A DNA stretch of 64,000 nt from an uncultured Ignavibacteriales bacterium (GCA_903929035.1 CAIYTF010000084.1:13938-77937); one strand, 5' to 3'; positions 37,022 through 47,183 are shown, numbered from the stretch's first letter. Program-made: numbers and translations. The notes: a model not told the origin generated them from the sequence alone.

Positions 37022-39289
37022 CTAAAATTCAAACGAAACTCCGATAGACGGCAATAGTCCTATGGATTTCGCTTCTTCCGCTCGGTTTTCTCTTTTATTC
37101 CATCGCATCCCGCTTAAATTTTTGTGATTGTATATATTTTGCAAATCCAAATACGTGATTAAAGTGTATTTTTCATAGAACCATCGCTTGTCAACGCGAA
37201 TATCCAAGCTATGTGCTGCTTCTAAACGAAGGGTATTATATTTTGCAGGTGATTGTGTTCCATCGATTTCAAATGGCGTGTACGGGCGGCCTGAAGCGAA
37301 ACGGAATTTCATACTTGCTTCGAGAGATTTATCAAACTGATATCCGCCGCTAATATTGAAAATAATATTCTGATCATACGAGCCGGAGCGTTCAATATTA
37401 TCAAGAGCGATAAATTTTGTAGAGCCGTAAGTGATACTTAGCAGTCCATAGCAGGGAATTTCGGAAAGTTTCTTTTGTGCCGAGAATTCAATTCCTTGGG
37501 AATAGCCGCTTCCTCCTGAAGTGAGCGATTCAAATCCAAAAGAAGCATAATTATCTTCCGCACCGCCAAAGCCCGCGCCGGTGTTTGCCAAAGTCAAATA
37601 AGGATGCGAAACACTCACGGGATAATCAGCGTAATTTTTCCTGTATAACTCCACTTTAATTTGGGCATCACTCCGAAAACGATATTCTGTTCCAAGCACA
37701 AATTGCCTCACCGTGACCGGATTTAATCCTGTGTTACCTGCAACAAGCCAGATATAAGAAGGTGTCTGATGATAGATTCCCGCACTTCCGCTCACGGAAA
37801 ATAAATCACTAAGATCATAAGATGCGGACACACGCGGACTAACCGTGTATTTTTCTTTGATTGCATCGAAGTAATCAATTCTGATTCCGGCACCGGTTGT
37901 TATTCTTTGAGTCAGTTGATATGAAAGGTTCAAATATGCCGCGTATTTCAAGAAATTATTGCTGATAATCAATGAGTTAATAAGTAACGTATCGTTAAAA
38001 GATGTAATAAATGAAGGCAATTTCACATCCGAATCAAAGTGAATATATTTAACATCTGCACCGATAGAAGCCTCCAAGGCAGGCGCAAACTGATAACTCA
38101 ATTCCACTTTTAGCTTGTCTTCATTTTCCAATGACTTGTTTCTGAAAATAGGCTGAAGTAAAGAATCGTTTTGCATACTGTTATAGTCAACTGAATTTCT
38201 GCTTAGATACACTTTGATGAATCCCAGCGGCAATAAATAACGGTAAGACATTCCCGCGGTATATTGTAATTGGTCACTGCCAAGAACGCGCGAATTATTG
38301 AATTTTTGATCCGGCGTTGTATTGAAATATCTGACATTGTCAATCGCGCTGATGCCAAATACCGAGAACATACTTTTTTGCGAAAAATTATAGTCATATT
38401 TTGCCAGAAAGTCATAATATTCAGGTACAAATCCGAAACCTGCTGCCTTAAAAATAAAATCGAGATAACTTCTGCGTGCCGAAAATAAAAATGTGGAGTT
38501 ATCAGAAACAGGACCTTCGAGATTAAGACCGAACTGAGTTGCTGAAATGGTGGCTTTCCCGCCAAATCTATCGACTCTGCCGTCACGTAAATTAATGCGA
38601 AGAGCGGAAGACAGTTTATCCCCATAAAGTACCGGAAAACCGCCTGTCGAGAAAGTCACATCCTTTACAAAATCAAGATTAATAAAACTAAGCGGTCCGC
38701 CTGTTGCCCCTTGGGTCCCAAAATGATTAATGTTGGGAATCTCGAAACCATCGAGCAGATAAAGATTTTCGGAAGGTGCCCCGCCGCGAACAACCAGATC
38801 ATTTCTGCCTTCATCTGCTTGGGCAACACCGGGGATAATGGACAAGGCTCGTACCACATCTTCAAACCCGCCCGGCGCACGCCTGATTTCTTCATAGCCA
38901 AATGACCGCGTACTCGTTGGTTCAATATTATCTTTTGAAAAATAGTCGGCGGTGATAACTACATTTGATAGCTTGATGGTTTCTTCTTTCAAATAAAAAT
39001 CTATTTGAGCGGGCTTGCTATTGGAAACGGTAATATCCGTTTTTGTTGATGTTGTATAACCAACAGCACTAACCCTTACCTGATAGGTTCCTGGAAGTAA
39101 GTTTTTGATTGTATAACGTCCGTTTTCATCAGTAGCAACACCACTTTGGGTGGTAAGAACCACGACATTGGCAAACGGTATTCCCTTGCCGGTTTGATGA
39201 TCGGTAACCGTTCCCGTGACAGAGCCATTATTGCTCTGCATAAAAACAAGTTTCGAGAGAAGAATAATTATTAAAGCAATATTTTTCAT
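37022..39289 (-). CDS. TonB-dependent receptor with N-terminal CarboxypepD_reg domain
   Basis: Signal peptide; GSVTGTVTD..G.GIPFANVVV...GRYTIKNLLPGTYQVRVSAVGY; plug motifs (RAPGGFEDVVRALSIIPGV, DLVVRGG); barrel ending IGVSFEF. Confidence 0.85.
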   Translation of the reverse strand: MKNIALIIILLSKLVFMQSNNGSVTGTVTDHQTGKGIPFANVVVLTTQSGVATDENGRYTIKNLLPGTYQVRVSAVGYTTSTKTDITVSNSKPAQIDFYLKEETIKLSNVVITADYFSKDNIEPTSTRSFGYEEIRRAPGGFEDVVRALSIIPGVAQADEGRNDLVVRGGAPSENLYLLDGFEIPNINHFGTQGATGGPLSFINLDFVKDVTFSTGGFPVLYGDKLSSALRINLRDGRVDRFGGKATISATQFGLNLEGPVSDNSTFLFSARRSYLDFIFKAAGFGFVPEYYDFLAKYDYNFSQKSMFSVFGISAIDNVRYFNTTPDQKFNNSRVLGSDQLQYTAGMSYRYLLPLGFIKVYLSRNSVDYNSMQNDSLLQPIFRNKSLENEDKLKVELSYQFAPALEASIGADVKYIHFDSDVKLPSFITSFNDTLLINSLIISNNFLKYAAYLNLSYQLTQRITTGAGIRIDYFDAIKEKYTVSPRVSASYDLSDLFSVSGSAGIYHQTPSYIWLVAGNTGLNPVTVRQFVLGTEYRFRSDAQIKVELYRKNYADYPVSVSHPYLTLANTGAGFGGAEDNYASFGFESLTSGGSGYSQGIEFSAQKKLSEIPCYGLLSITYGSTKFIALDNIERSGSYDQNIIFNISGGYQFDKSLEASMKFRFASGRPYTPFEIDGTQSPAKYNTLRLEAAHSLDIRVDKRWFYEKYTLITYLDLQNIYNHKNLSGMRWNKRENRAEEAKSIGLLPSIGVSFEF

Positions 39290-39426
39290 TCGTGTTTTCC
39301 GTTGTTTAAATTATATGACAAGTAAAAAATAAAGATAATTCAATTCAAATACCTCAAAAAAAAATTATCCTCTTTACTTTTACACAATTTTAATTATATT
39401 TAAGAAATGAAAAAGAAATTTATTCG

Positions 39427-39582
39427 ATGTTTGGATTAATAAATAACAATAACGAGTACTCTGAACTTGGTGGAGAAATTCATCAAGACAAAAAGCGGCG
39501 TGAACGAAATGCCCTCATCATTTTTGTTGTGGCTGCTGTAATATTATTAAATGTGATACTATACTTAATAACTTCGGATTAG
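39427..39582 (+). CDS. Possible 51-aa single-pass membrane peptide (unsupported beyond ORF and TM character)
   Basis: My translation: MFGLINNNNEYSELGGEIHQDKKRRERNALIIFVVAAVILLNVILYLITSD*. Lies in the largest non-coding gap of the window. Confidence 0.2.
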   Translation: MFGLINNNNEYSELGGEIHQDKKRRERNALIIFVVAAVILLNVILYLITSD

Positions 39583-39886
39583 GCAATAAAATCAATTCTT
39601 TGCTGCTTTGAAATATGAAATAACCGGAGAGATAAATATATTATGCCGATGCAAGTAAAAGGATTTACGTCTTTAGAGTTTCCAAAAAAAAATCAATAAG
39701 ATATAAATGGAGCTAAATCAAAGGAAATAGACTCCCCTGCCGCAAGCTGCAATCCTCTCAGATTTAAAGATATAATTTTGTCTATTCGTAACGATTTAGC
39801 TTCTCTAACTACTTGTAAATCAAACAGTTATAAATATCCAAAATCTAGCATACAAATACTATTACTCTGTATCTAAATTTTAGTTT

Positions 39887-39980
39887 GTTGAGCGGATCCG
39901 AAAACGGCAGCATAGCACGGGTGGGTTTTGGCTCTGCTATGTGAACAATGCTTGTTAAGGCAAATTTGTCGCATACTCAA
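39887..39980 (+). repeat. Paralogous ~95-nt intergenic element, copy C1 (upstream of prs)
   Basis: By manual comparison, most positions match between GTTGAGCGGATCCGAAAACGGCAGCATAGCACGGGTGGGTTTTGGCTCTGCT...CTTGTTAAGGCAAATTTGTCG and 53044..53224, once the nested insertion in the latter is removed. Confidence 0.7.
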
Positions 39981-40060
39981 ATCTCTCAAAATTATTGTTT
40001 TTTCTCTAAATATTAAGTATCTTTTGAGTATGTATTTTTTGGCAATTAACAGCAGGCTTT

Positions 40061-41002
40061 ATGGCAGGATTTAAAATATTCTCAGGAAACTCGAACAGGG
40101 CACTTGTTCTAAAAATTGCAAAGTATCTGAATGTAGAACTTGGGTTATTAGAAATCAGAAAATTCAGCGATGGTGAATTGTGGCTTAAATATGGTGAAAA
40201 TATACGCGGTTCTGAAGTCTTCTTGATTCAAACAACTATTCCGCCTGCTGAAAATTTAATGGAATTGCTTATGATGATTGATGCAGCTAAGCGTGCTTCG
40301 GCTAAAAGCATTACAGCAGTGATTCCGTATTTCGGATATTCGCGGCAAGATAGAAAAGATCAGCCGCGCGTTGCTATATCCGCTAAATTGGTGGCGAACT
40401 TGTTAACCGTTGCCGGTGCAGACAGGGTGGTGTCTATGGATTTGCACGCTTCACAAATTCAAGGTTTTTTTGATATACCGTTTGACCATCTTTATGGATC
40501 ATCGGTTTTTGTAAATAGATTTGTAAATATGATTGATAATCTCGCGGTAGTTTCGCCAGATGTTGGCGGGATTAAAGTAGCGAGAGCTTATGCAAAAAGG
40601 CTTAAAGCGAGCCTTGTTGTTATTGACAAACGCCGCCCGCGGCCAAATGTTACCGAAGTGGTAAGTATTATTGGCGATGTTAAAGGTAAAAATGTTTTGT
40701 TGGTTGATGATTTAATCGATACCGGCGGAACTATGGTGAATGCAGTTAAAGCGTTAAAATCTTATGGAGCCGAGAAAATATATATTGCCGCTACACACGG
40801 AGTTTTATCCGGCGAGGCAATAGAAAGATTAAAAGGTTCTGATGTGGAGAAAGTATTTATTTCTGACACGGTAGCTATTCCAAGCGAAAGAATTTTTGAT
40901 AAACTTGAAATTATTTCTGCAGCTCCCATTTTTGCGGAAGCAATTCACCGGATACATAAGAATGAATCAATCAGTTCGTTATTTGATAATGATAAATCGT
41001 AA
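40061..41002 (+). CDS. prs: Ribose-phosphate pyrophosphokinase
   Basis: DLHASQIQGFFDIP and the PRPP-binding loop VLLVDDLIDTGGT. Confidence 0.95.
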   Translation: MAGFKIFSGNSNRALVLKIAKYLNVELGLLEIRKFSDGELWLKYGENIRGSEVFLIQTTIPPAENLMELLMMIDAAKRASAKSITAVIPYFGYSRQDRKDQPRVAISAKLVANLLTVAGADRVVSMDLHASQIQGFFDIPFDHLYGSSVFVNRFVNMIDNLAVVSPDVGGIKVARAYAKRLKASLVVIDKRRPRPNVTEVVSIIGDVKGKNVLLVDDLIDTGGTMVNAVKALKSYGAEKIYIAATHGVLSGEAIERLKGSDVEKVFISDTVAIPSERIFDKLEIISAAPIFAEAIHRIHKNESISSLFDNDKS

Positions 41003-41031
41003 ACAGTTACTTGTTAGGAGTACTAAATAAA

Positions 41032-41664
41032 ATGGAAAAAAAAGTTCTAGAAGCTGTTGCCAGAGATCAAATCTCAAAATCGGGACGCAGCACGTTACGT
41101 AAAACGGGGAAAGTACCGGGCATTTTGTATGCCAAGTCTTTGAAACCGGTCCCGTTTTCAGTTCTTGAAAATGCAATTAAGCCTTTCGTGTTTACCTCGG
41201 ATGCGCACATAATTAACCTGAAATTAGACAATCAGCAAGAATATGATTGTGTTCTTAAAGATGTCCAGTTCCACCCTGTCACCGATCGCGTTATTCACTT
41301 TGACCTGCAAGTGCTAGTGAGCGGCGAAAAAATCGAAATTGAAGTTCCTGTAACCTTGAAAGGCACTTCTGTCGGCGTTCGCGATGGCGGTCTGTTACAA
41401 CAATTCTACCATAAAATTTCTATCGAATGTTTACCTGCGAATATTCCTGAACACATTGAATTAGACATTACTAATTTAAAATTAGGAGATTCAATTCACG
41501 CCGGTGATATTAATATCGAAGGCATTGATATTTTGATTGGTGCTGAGAATGTTCTCGTTGCCGTAACTCATCCGCGTGCCAGTTCCGATGAGGCTCTTGA
41601 TGGTTCTGCAAGGACTGAACCTGAAGTGATTTCTAAAGGTAAAGATAAACAAACGGAAGAATAA
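41032..41664 (+). CDS. rplY: 50S ribosomal protein L25 / general stress protein Ctc
   Basis: The ATG at 41032 follows TAGGAG; the track ORF starts at an upstream TTG (41011). Long Ctc form, classic prs-ctc-pth order. Confidence 0.8.
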   Translation: MEKKVLEAVARDQISKSGRSTLRKTGKVPGILYAKSLKPVPFSVLENAIKPFVFTSDAHIINLKLDNQQEYDCVLKDVQFHPVTDRVIHFDLQVLVSGEKIEIEVPVTLKGTSVGVRDGGLLQQFYHKISIECLPANIPEHIELDITNLKLGDSIHAGDINIEGIDILIGAENVLVAVTHPRASSDEALDGSARTEPEVISKGKDKQTEE

Positions 41665-41666
41665 AA

Positions 41667-42362
41667 GTGAGAGCGATAGTCGGAATCGGAAATCCGGGTG
41701 GCAGATACCAGCTCACAAGGCACAATGTAGGGTTTATGTTCTTAGATCATCTCGCGGAGAAATATAATATCTCTCTAATACCTTCGAGATCTGATTATTA
41801 CTATGCAGAGGGCACACAGGCGGGTCACAAGTTTGTATTGGTAAAACCAACTACATTTGTTAACAACTCCGGAAGTTCAATTGCACAATTTCTCCAGCAA
41901 TATAAGATCAAAACTGAAGATATGCTGGTGGTATATGATGATTTGAATATCCCGCTTTCTGAAATAAGAATTCGGTTTGGCGGCAGCCACGGTGGTCATA
42001 ATGGTATATATTCTTTAATTTATCATTTAAACTCCAACCAGTTTCCAAGAATCAGGATTGGTATCGGATCAGTTTATGACAAGGGAAAAATGGCGCAGTT
42101 TGTTCTCGGTAAGCTCACTTTTGAGGAGTACCAAGATGCGTTGACCGCGTTCGGCTACGCGGAACTTTTAATGGAAGCATTTGTCGAAGGGGGTATGAAG
42201 CAAATGTTAGACGAAAATAGCCAGATGCAAGACCCCGGACCTACAACCGGGCCAAATGCACGTATTATTGATCAGCCAAGTGCTGAAAATCAATCTCCTA
42301 AAGGTTCTGCTCCTCTTCCGGGAGTTTTTGAATCTTCATCTGGAGATGTACATTCTTTATAA
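41667..42362 (+). CDS. pth: Peptidyl-tRNA hydrolase with a ~45-aa low-complexity C-terminal extension
   Basis: GIGNPGGRYQLTRHNVGF and GGHNG motifs. The tail DENSQMQDPGPTTGPN...SSSGDVHSL lies beyond the normal ~190 aa. Confidence 0.9.
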   Translation: MRAIVGIGNPGGRYQLTRHNVGFMFLDHLAEKYNISLIPSRSDYYYAEGTQAGHKFVLVKPTTFVNNSGSSIAQFLQQYKIKTEDMLVVYDDLNIPLSEIRIRFGGSHGGHNGIYSLIYHLNSNQFPRIRIGIGSVYDKGKMAQFVLGKLTFEEYQDALTAFGYAELLMEAFVEGGMKQMLDENSQMQDPGPTTGPNARIIDQPSAENQSPKGSAPLPGVFESSSGDVHSL

Positions 42363-42446
42363 AGAAGAATAAAATTTAATTAACTACTTTATTTAATCCT
42401 GTTCCCCTTACGCAACGGCGGAACCAATTTGTCCAAAGGAGAAAAA

Positions 42447-42863
42447 ATGCGAACTCATAGCTATGAAAGTGCTGTACTAATTAATGCGGCACTTGAAGAC
42501 GATATAATCGAGCAGATTATTACTAAACTGCAAGATTCCATCACGCAATATGGCGGTACCGTAAAACTTGTCGATAAATGGGGGCGGAAACGTCTTGCTT
42601 ATCCTATAAAGAAAAACAAAATCGGTTACTATGTTATCTTTCAATTCGATGCACCCGTTACAGCGATTGCTCAAATTGAAAGAATTTATCGCCTTGAGGA
42701 GTCAATCATTCGTTTCCTCAATCTTAAACTTAGCAAATTTGCACTTGAACACTTTGCCGATCAAAAAGCAAAAGAAGCAGCTGCAAAAGTTCTTGAAGTA
42801 GCCCCTGTTACTTCTACCACCGTACAAGAAGCTGCTGTTGCTGTTCCGAAAACGGAAAAATAG
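42447..42863 (+). CDS. rpsF: 30S ribosomal protein S6
   Basis: The ATG at 42447 is preceded by AAAGGAG. MRTHSYESAVLINA... and KWGRKRLAYPI motif. Confidence 0.9.
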   Translation: MRTHSYESAVLINAALEDDIIEQIITKLQDSITQYGGTVKLVDKWGRKRLAYPIKKNKIGYYVIFQFDAPVTAIAQIERIYRLEESIIRFLNLKLSKFALEHFADQKAKEAAAKVLEVAPVTSTTVQEAAVAVPKTEK

Positions 42864-42941
42864 TGATATTTATAAGTTTGGCGGCACGAGCTATTATTTT
42901 ATTAAACAAGTAAATAAAAGAAGAAATAAGAAAGATTGAAA

Positions 42942-43172
42942 ATGAAACCATTGATGAAAACAAAGAAAGTATGCCGGTTTACCGAGATTGGTGTAAAGTA
43001 TATTGATTATAAGGATATTAAACTCTTGCAACGGTTTGTTTCCGAGCAGGGAAGAATAATTCCAAAACGCATTACCGGAACAAAAGCCGGGTATCACCGT
43101 GAATTAACACTTGCCATCAAGCGTGCGCGTCATATGGCGTTACTCCCTTACGTTTCCGATAGCGTCCGTTAA
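42942..43172 (+). CDS. rpsR: 30S ribosomal protein S18
   Basis: KKVCRF...[26 protein letters not shown]...[13 protein letters not shown]. The start is ambiguous among 42936, 42942 and 42954. Confidence 0.9.
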   Translation: MKPLMKTKKVCRFTEIGVKYIDYKDIKLLQRFVSEQGRIIPKRITGTKAGYHRELTLAIKRARHMALLPYVSDSVR

Positions 43173-43192
43173 TCGGCAGAAAGGATATATAA

Positions 43193-43639
43193 ATGAAAGT
43201 TATTTTAAGAAAATCTATTGAATCGCTGGGAAAACTTGGAGATATTATCACCGTGGCAGATGGTTACGCGCTTAATTATCTAATTCCCCGCAGCTATGCT
43301 TTTCAGGCATCAAAAGGAAATATTCTCGCTTTTACCGAAGAGAAGAAACATATCGAAAAACTTCACAGGAAAGAGGTAAGTGCTTCCAAAAGTATTGCAG
43401 ATAAATTGAACGATGAAAAAGTTCAAATTATGGTGCAGGTAGGTGAAGAGGATAAACTCTTTGGTGCTGTAACATCGCAAAACATTGTTGATGCTCTGGC
43501 TGAAAAAGGATACGACATTGATAAACGCAAAATTCAACTTGATGAGCCTATCAAAGCCTTGGGCATTTTCGATGTTGCTATTAAGCTGCATCCTGAAGTC
43601 ATAGCGAAAGTGAAAGTCTGGGTTGTCAGAGAAAACTGA
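43193..43639 (+). CDS. rplI: 50S ribosomal protein L9
   Basis: MKVILRKSIESLGKLGDIITVADGYALNYLIP N-terminus. Confidence 0.95.
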   Translation: MKVILRKSIESLGKLGDIITVADGYALNYLIPRSYAFQASKGNILAFTEEKKHIEKLHRKEVSASKSIADKLNDEKVQIMVQVGEEDKLFGAVTSQNIVDALAEKGYDIDKRKIQLDEPIKALGIFDVAIKLHPEVIAKVKVWVVREN

Positions 43640-43670
43640 TTTATTCTAAATAATTTCCCTCTCTTTAAAG

Positions 43671-43701
43671 AAAAAGGCTGCCATAATGGGCAGCCTTTTT
43701 C
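43671..43701 (+). terminator. Rho-independent terminator after rplI
   Basis: AAGGCTGCC-ataatg-GGCAGCCTT followed by TTTT. Confidence 0.75.
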
Positions 43702-43887
43702 AGTTGAGCATATCTGTTATAACAGATTGATAAATTTATATTTGAGAACAGAAACGAATGAATAATAGACACGAAGTCAAGAAAGAGTGAAAATAGTGTA
43801 TAGAATAAAACAAAAATTTATCGCGGGATGATAAAAAGCCTGAAGCGTGAATACCACGAAAAATAGATCGCTTCATAAAATTTCATC

Positions 43888-44013
43888 TATAGTATTATCT
43901 TTGTTTTTTATGTCAAGATATTTTGTAGTGTTCGTATAACTTACAGTATAATAGTTAGTTACAGGCACAAAAAAACATTCCGACTTTTAAACTTTTTTGA
44001 CCGCGGTTTACCG
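43888..44013 (+). repeat. Inverted-repeat element, copy A (126 nt)
   Basis: The reverse complement of 55439..55573 matches with about 4 mismatches plus one 8-nt indel. Contains TTGTAG-18 nt-TATAAT. Confidence 0.85.
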
Positions 44014-44137
44014 CCCTATGGATACCTTTTTTGAGTGAACTCATAAATGCCATTATTTTTTGCCGCGCACGTTAAAAACCCATTTCTAATACTTGCATAT
44101 AATTTTGGTTTAAGATATTTTTAGACTTTAGATATTT

Positions 44138-44596
44138 ATGAATGAGCAAACCAAGATTTCAACAATCGCGGTAAACCGCAAAGCCCGCTATGATTATGCA
44201 GTTCTTCAAACTTATGAAGCAGGTATAGTTTTGACCGGAACTGAAGTTAAATCTCTGCGGCAAAATAAGCTTAATATGACCGATGGATATGGGGTTATCA
44301 GAAAAGGTGAAATCTGGCTGATAAGCGTACATATTCCGGAATACACTCAAGGTAATATAAATAATCACGATCCTTGGCGCGATAAAAAGCTGCTTTTACA
44401 TAAGAACGAGATTAGAAAAATAAAATTCCGAGTGGAAGAAAAAGGGTTGACTCTTGTCCCGCTTTCATTCTATTTGAAGAACGGGAAAGTGAAAGTTGAA
44501 ATTGGTCTCGCGCAAGGAAAAAAATCTTATGACAAAAGAGAAGCAATAGCTAAAAAAGATTTTCAACGATCTGAAGACAGAAAAGTTAAGTTGTAG
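44138..44596 (+). CDS. smpB: SsrA-binding protein
   Basis: NRKARYDY, GTEVKSLR and KLLLHKNEI motifs. Confidence 0.95.
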   Translation: MNEQTKISTIAVNRKARYDYAVLQTYEAGIVLTGTEVKSLRQNKLNMTDGYGVIRKGEIWLISVHIPEYTQGNINNHDPWRDKKLLLHKNEIRKIKFRVEEKGLTLVPLSFYLKNGKVKVEIGLAQGKKSYDKREAIAKKDFQRSEDRKVKL

Positions 44597-44645
44597 TTAT
44601 GTATAAGTTATTCTTTAAAGATTATTAAAGTTAGGAGCAGGATTT

Positions 44646-45872
44646 TTGCACCCAATATTCCCCCCGCTCAATGAGCAAATGGATATCATCCGTAGAGGAG
44701 CCTCTGAAATTATTCCGGAAGGAGAATTAGTAAAAAAACTTGAAAAGTCAATTAATCAAAACAAACCGCTTATTATTAAATTAGGCTGCGACCCAAGCAG
44801 ACCGGACTTACATATTGGGCACTCTGTTGTATTGAGAAAACTCGCTCAATTTCAAGAGCTTGGACATCAGGCGGTTCTTATCATTGGTGATTTCACCGGT
44901 ATGATTGGCGACCCAACCGGAAGAAATGAGACACGCCCGGCTCTTTCCTTAGAACAAGCCAGAGAAAACGGACAAAGCTATTTCGAACAAGCCTCAAAGA
45001 TATTACATCCCGAGAAAACGCGGATGATAAATAATTCCACTTGGCTTGCCAAAATGAGTTTTGAGGATGTAATTAAACTTGCTTCAAAATATACTGTTGC
45101 CAGAATGCTTGAGCGGGATGACTTTACCAAACGATTCAAAGGCGGTGAACCCATTTCTATCCACGAATTCCTATACCCTCTCGCGCAGGCAATGGATTCA
45201 GTGGCAATTAATAGCGATGTTGAACTTGGCGGAACGGATCAAAAGTTCAATCTACTTGTCGGACGTGATATGCAAAGAGAATTTGAACAAGAACCGCAGG
45301 TGATTTTAACTATGCCTTTGCTGGTTGGAACTGACGGTATTGAGAAAATGAGCAAATCGTATAACAACTACATCGGTATCTCTGATCTGCCTTCCGAGAT
45401 ATACGGGAAAACTCTTTCAATTGCAGATAATCTTATTTATACGTATTACGAATTAGCAACTAATATTTCAAATTCTGAGCTTACTACAGTGAAAGAACAT
45501 CTAAGTGATTCTTCTATAAATCCCAGAAACATTAAACGTGCTCTCGCGAGAAAATTAGTTGAGATGTATCACAGCATAGATGCTGCTGCACAAGCTGAAG
45601 TAGCCTTCGATAAACTTTTCATAAAAAAAGAAATCCCTGATGATATTGAAACAGTTACATTCAATAATCTGAATAGCACTATTAGCATAATTGATTTATT
45701 ACTGCAATACAATCTTGTAACATCAAAATCAGAGGCACGCCGAATGATTCAGCAAGGCGGAACAACTATTGACGGATTAAAGATAACTGACCCAAATTCA
45801 GCATTAGAATTTAAAGCCGAGCATATAATAAAAGTCGGTAAACGTAAATTTTTGAAATTAATTAAACAATAA
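44646..45872 (+). CDS. tyrS: Tyrosyl-tRNA synthetase (type 2)
   Basis: HIGH-type LHIGH, KMSKS, C-terminal S4-like domain; TTG start 10 nt after AGGAG. Confidence 0.9.
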   Translation: MHPIFPPLNEQMDIIRRGASEIIPEGELVKKLEKSINQNKPLIIKLGCDPSRPDLHIGHSVVLRKLAQFQELGHQAVLIIGDFTGMIGDPTGRNETRPALSLEQARENGQSYFEQASKILHPEKTRMINNSTWLAKMSFEDVIKLASKYTVARMLERDDFTKRFKGGEPISIHEFLYPLAQAMDSVAINSDVELGGTDQKFNLLVGRDMQREFEQEPQVILTMPLLVGTDGIEKMSKSYNNYIGISDLPSEIYGKTLSIADNLIYTYYELATNISNSELTTVKEHLSDSSINPRNIKRALARKLVEMYHSIDAAAQAEVAFDKLFIKKEIPDDIETVTFNNLNSTISIIDLLLQYNLVTSKSEARRMIQQGGTTIDGLKITDPNSALEFKAEHIIKVGKRKFLKLIKQ

Positions 45873-45896
45873 AAGAAAAAGAAAGGAGATGATAAT

Positions 45897-46442
45897 TTGT
45901 ATGTACCCTCTAAAATATTCTTCACCAAAGGTGTCGGTAAACACAAAGAGTATCTGACCTCATTTGAGTTAGCACTTCGCAATGCCGGTATTGAAAAGTG
46001 TAATCTTGTAACAGTTAGCAGTATATTTCCTGTTGGATGTAAAAGAATTTCTAAAGAAGAAGGTTTGAAATTACTATCAGCAGGCCAAATTACTTTCTGC
46101 GTTATGGCAAGAAATTCAACTAATGAACCGAACCGATTAATTGCTTCATCTATTGGCGTAGCCATTCCTGCCGATCCGGATCAATATGGTTATCTTTCTG
46201 AGCACCATCCTTACGGCGAAACCGAGAAAATTGCAGGTGACTATGCAGAAGATTTAGCTGCTACTATGCTGGCAACAACTCTGGGAGTTGAATTCAATCC
46301 TGATATAGACTGGAGTGAACGCGAAAATATATATAAAATGAGCGGCAAAATAGTTCGTTCGTTTAATATTACTCAGTCTGCCGAGGGCGATAGAGTTGGG
46401 TTATGGACAACGGTCATTGCAGTTGGTGTTTTGTTACCTTAA
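45897..46442 (+). CDS. pdaD: Pyruvoyl-dependent arginine decarboxylase
   Basis: [10 protein letters not shown]..., self-cleavage context LVTVSSIFP; TTG start after AAAGGAG. Confidence 0.8.
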   Translation: MYVPSKIFFTKGVGKHKEYLTSFELALRNAGIEKCNLVTVSSIFPVGCKRISKEEGLKLLSAGQITFCVMARNSTNEPNRLIASSIGVAIPADPDQYGYLSEHHPYGETEKIAGDYAEDLAATMLATTLGVEFNPDIDWSERENIYKMSGKIVRSFNITQSAEGDRVGLWTTVIAVGVLLP

Positions 46443-46463
46443 CCATTTGTATTCAATTTTAAG

Positions 46464-46493
46464 AAAGCGGTGTTATTTGATACCGCTTTTTTT
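46464..46493 (+). terminator. Rho-independent terminator after pdaD
   Basis: AAAGCGGT-gttatttgat-ACCGCTTT followed by TTTT. Confidence 0.75.
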
Positions 46494-46695
46494 ATCTCCG
46501 TCCCGGCAATTTCATTCGTCCGAAAATTGTTTCGGGAATCGCAATTTCAGAAAGTCTAAAAGCTTATTTATCGTAGTGTAATTTTAAATGATTATTTGCA
46601 ATAACTATCAATTCTTTCATTTTTTATATTTATTTTTTAGAATATGAAAAAAAATTATTATTCACTAACTTAGATACTGAAAATAAATAATATTC

Positions 46696-46768
46696 GGGGC
46701 TGTAGCTTAATTGGTATAGCACCTCGTTCGCAACGAGGAGGTTGGCGGTTCGAGTCCGCTCAGCTCCA
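46696..46768 (+). tRNA. tRNA-Ala (anticodon CGC)
   Basis: Cloverleaf read by eye: acceptor GGGGCTG/CAGCTCC with a G3:U70 pair, anticodon stem CCTCG/CGAGG with loop TTCGCAA, T-arm GGCGGTTCGAGTCCGCT. CCA is not encoded. Confidence 0.9.
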
Positions 46769-46814
46769 CAACTATTTTTTGTAACTTTACATTATTATTT
46801 AGAAACGAATTGAA

Positions 46815-47183
46815 ATGATTGAATCTTATATACCAATTTTCCTCGTGTTTGGATTTGCTATACTCTTTTCACTCGCGGTTGTGTTTTCTTCGAGTCTGTT
46901 CGGGCCGCAGCGTCCCAATGCCGAAAAAATGACAACTTACGAAAGCGGGGTCAAACCTATTGGTTTGGCAAACGAAAGGGTGTCAGTTAAGTATTATCTT
47001 GTAGCGATGCTTTTTATTATTTTCGATCTTGAAGTAATTTTCGTGTATCCGTGGGCTGTAAAGTTCAAATCACTTTATGCACAGCAAGGCATTCAGGTAT
47101 TTTGGGCAATGATTGTATTTCTTACAGTTTTTGAAGTTGGATTTCTTTATGCATTTAAAAAGGGAGGTTTCAAATGGGATTAG
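46815..47183 (+). CDS. nuoA: NADH-quinone oxidoreductase subunit A
   Basis: 3-TM protein with YESG.. and [10 protein letters not shown] motifs. Confidence 0.9.
   Translation: MIESYIPIFLVFGFAILFSLAVVFSSSLFGPQRPNAEKMTTYESGVKPIGLANERVSVKYYLVAMLFIIFDLEVIFVYPWAVKFKSLYAQQGIQVFWAMIVFLTVFEVGFLYAFKKGGFKWD

Noticed and set aside
43702-44137. Looked for tmRNA (ssrA) next to smpB, and for other housekeeping RNAs in the larger gaps (39290..40060, 52895..53378).
   Set aside because: There is no tRNA-like acceptor/T-arm ending in GGTTCGA-type sequence and no tag-reading frame. The gaps are instead explained by repeat elements.
45749-46165. 138-aa minus-strand ORF spanning the tyrS-pdaD junction.
   Set aside because: It overlaps two well-supported plus-strand genes and their RBS region; no motifs are present.
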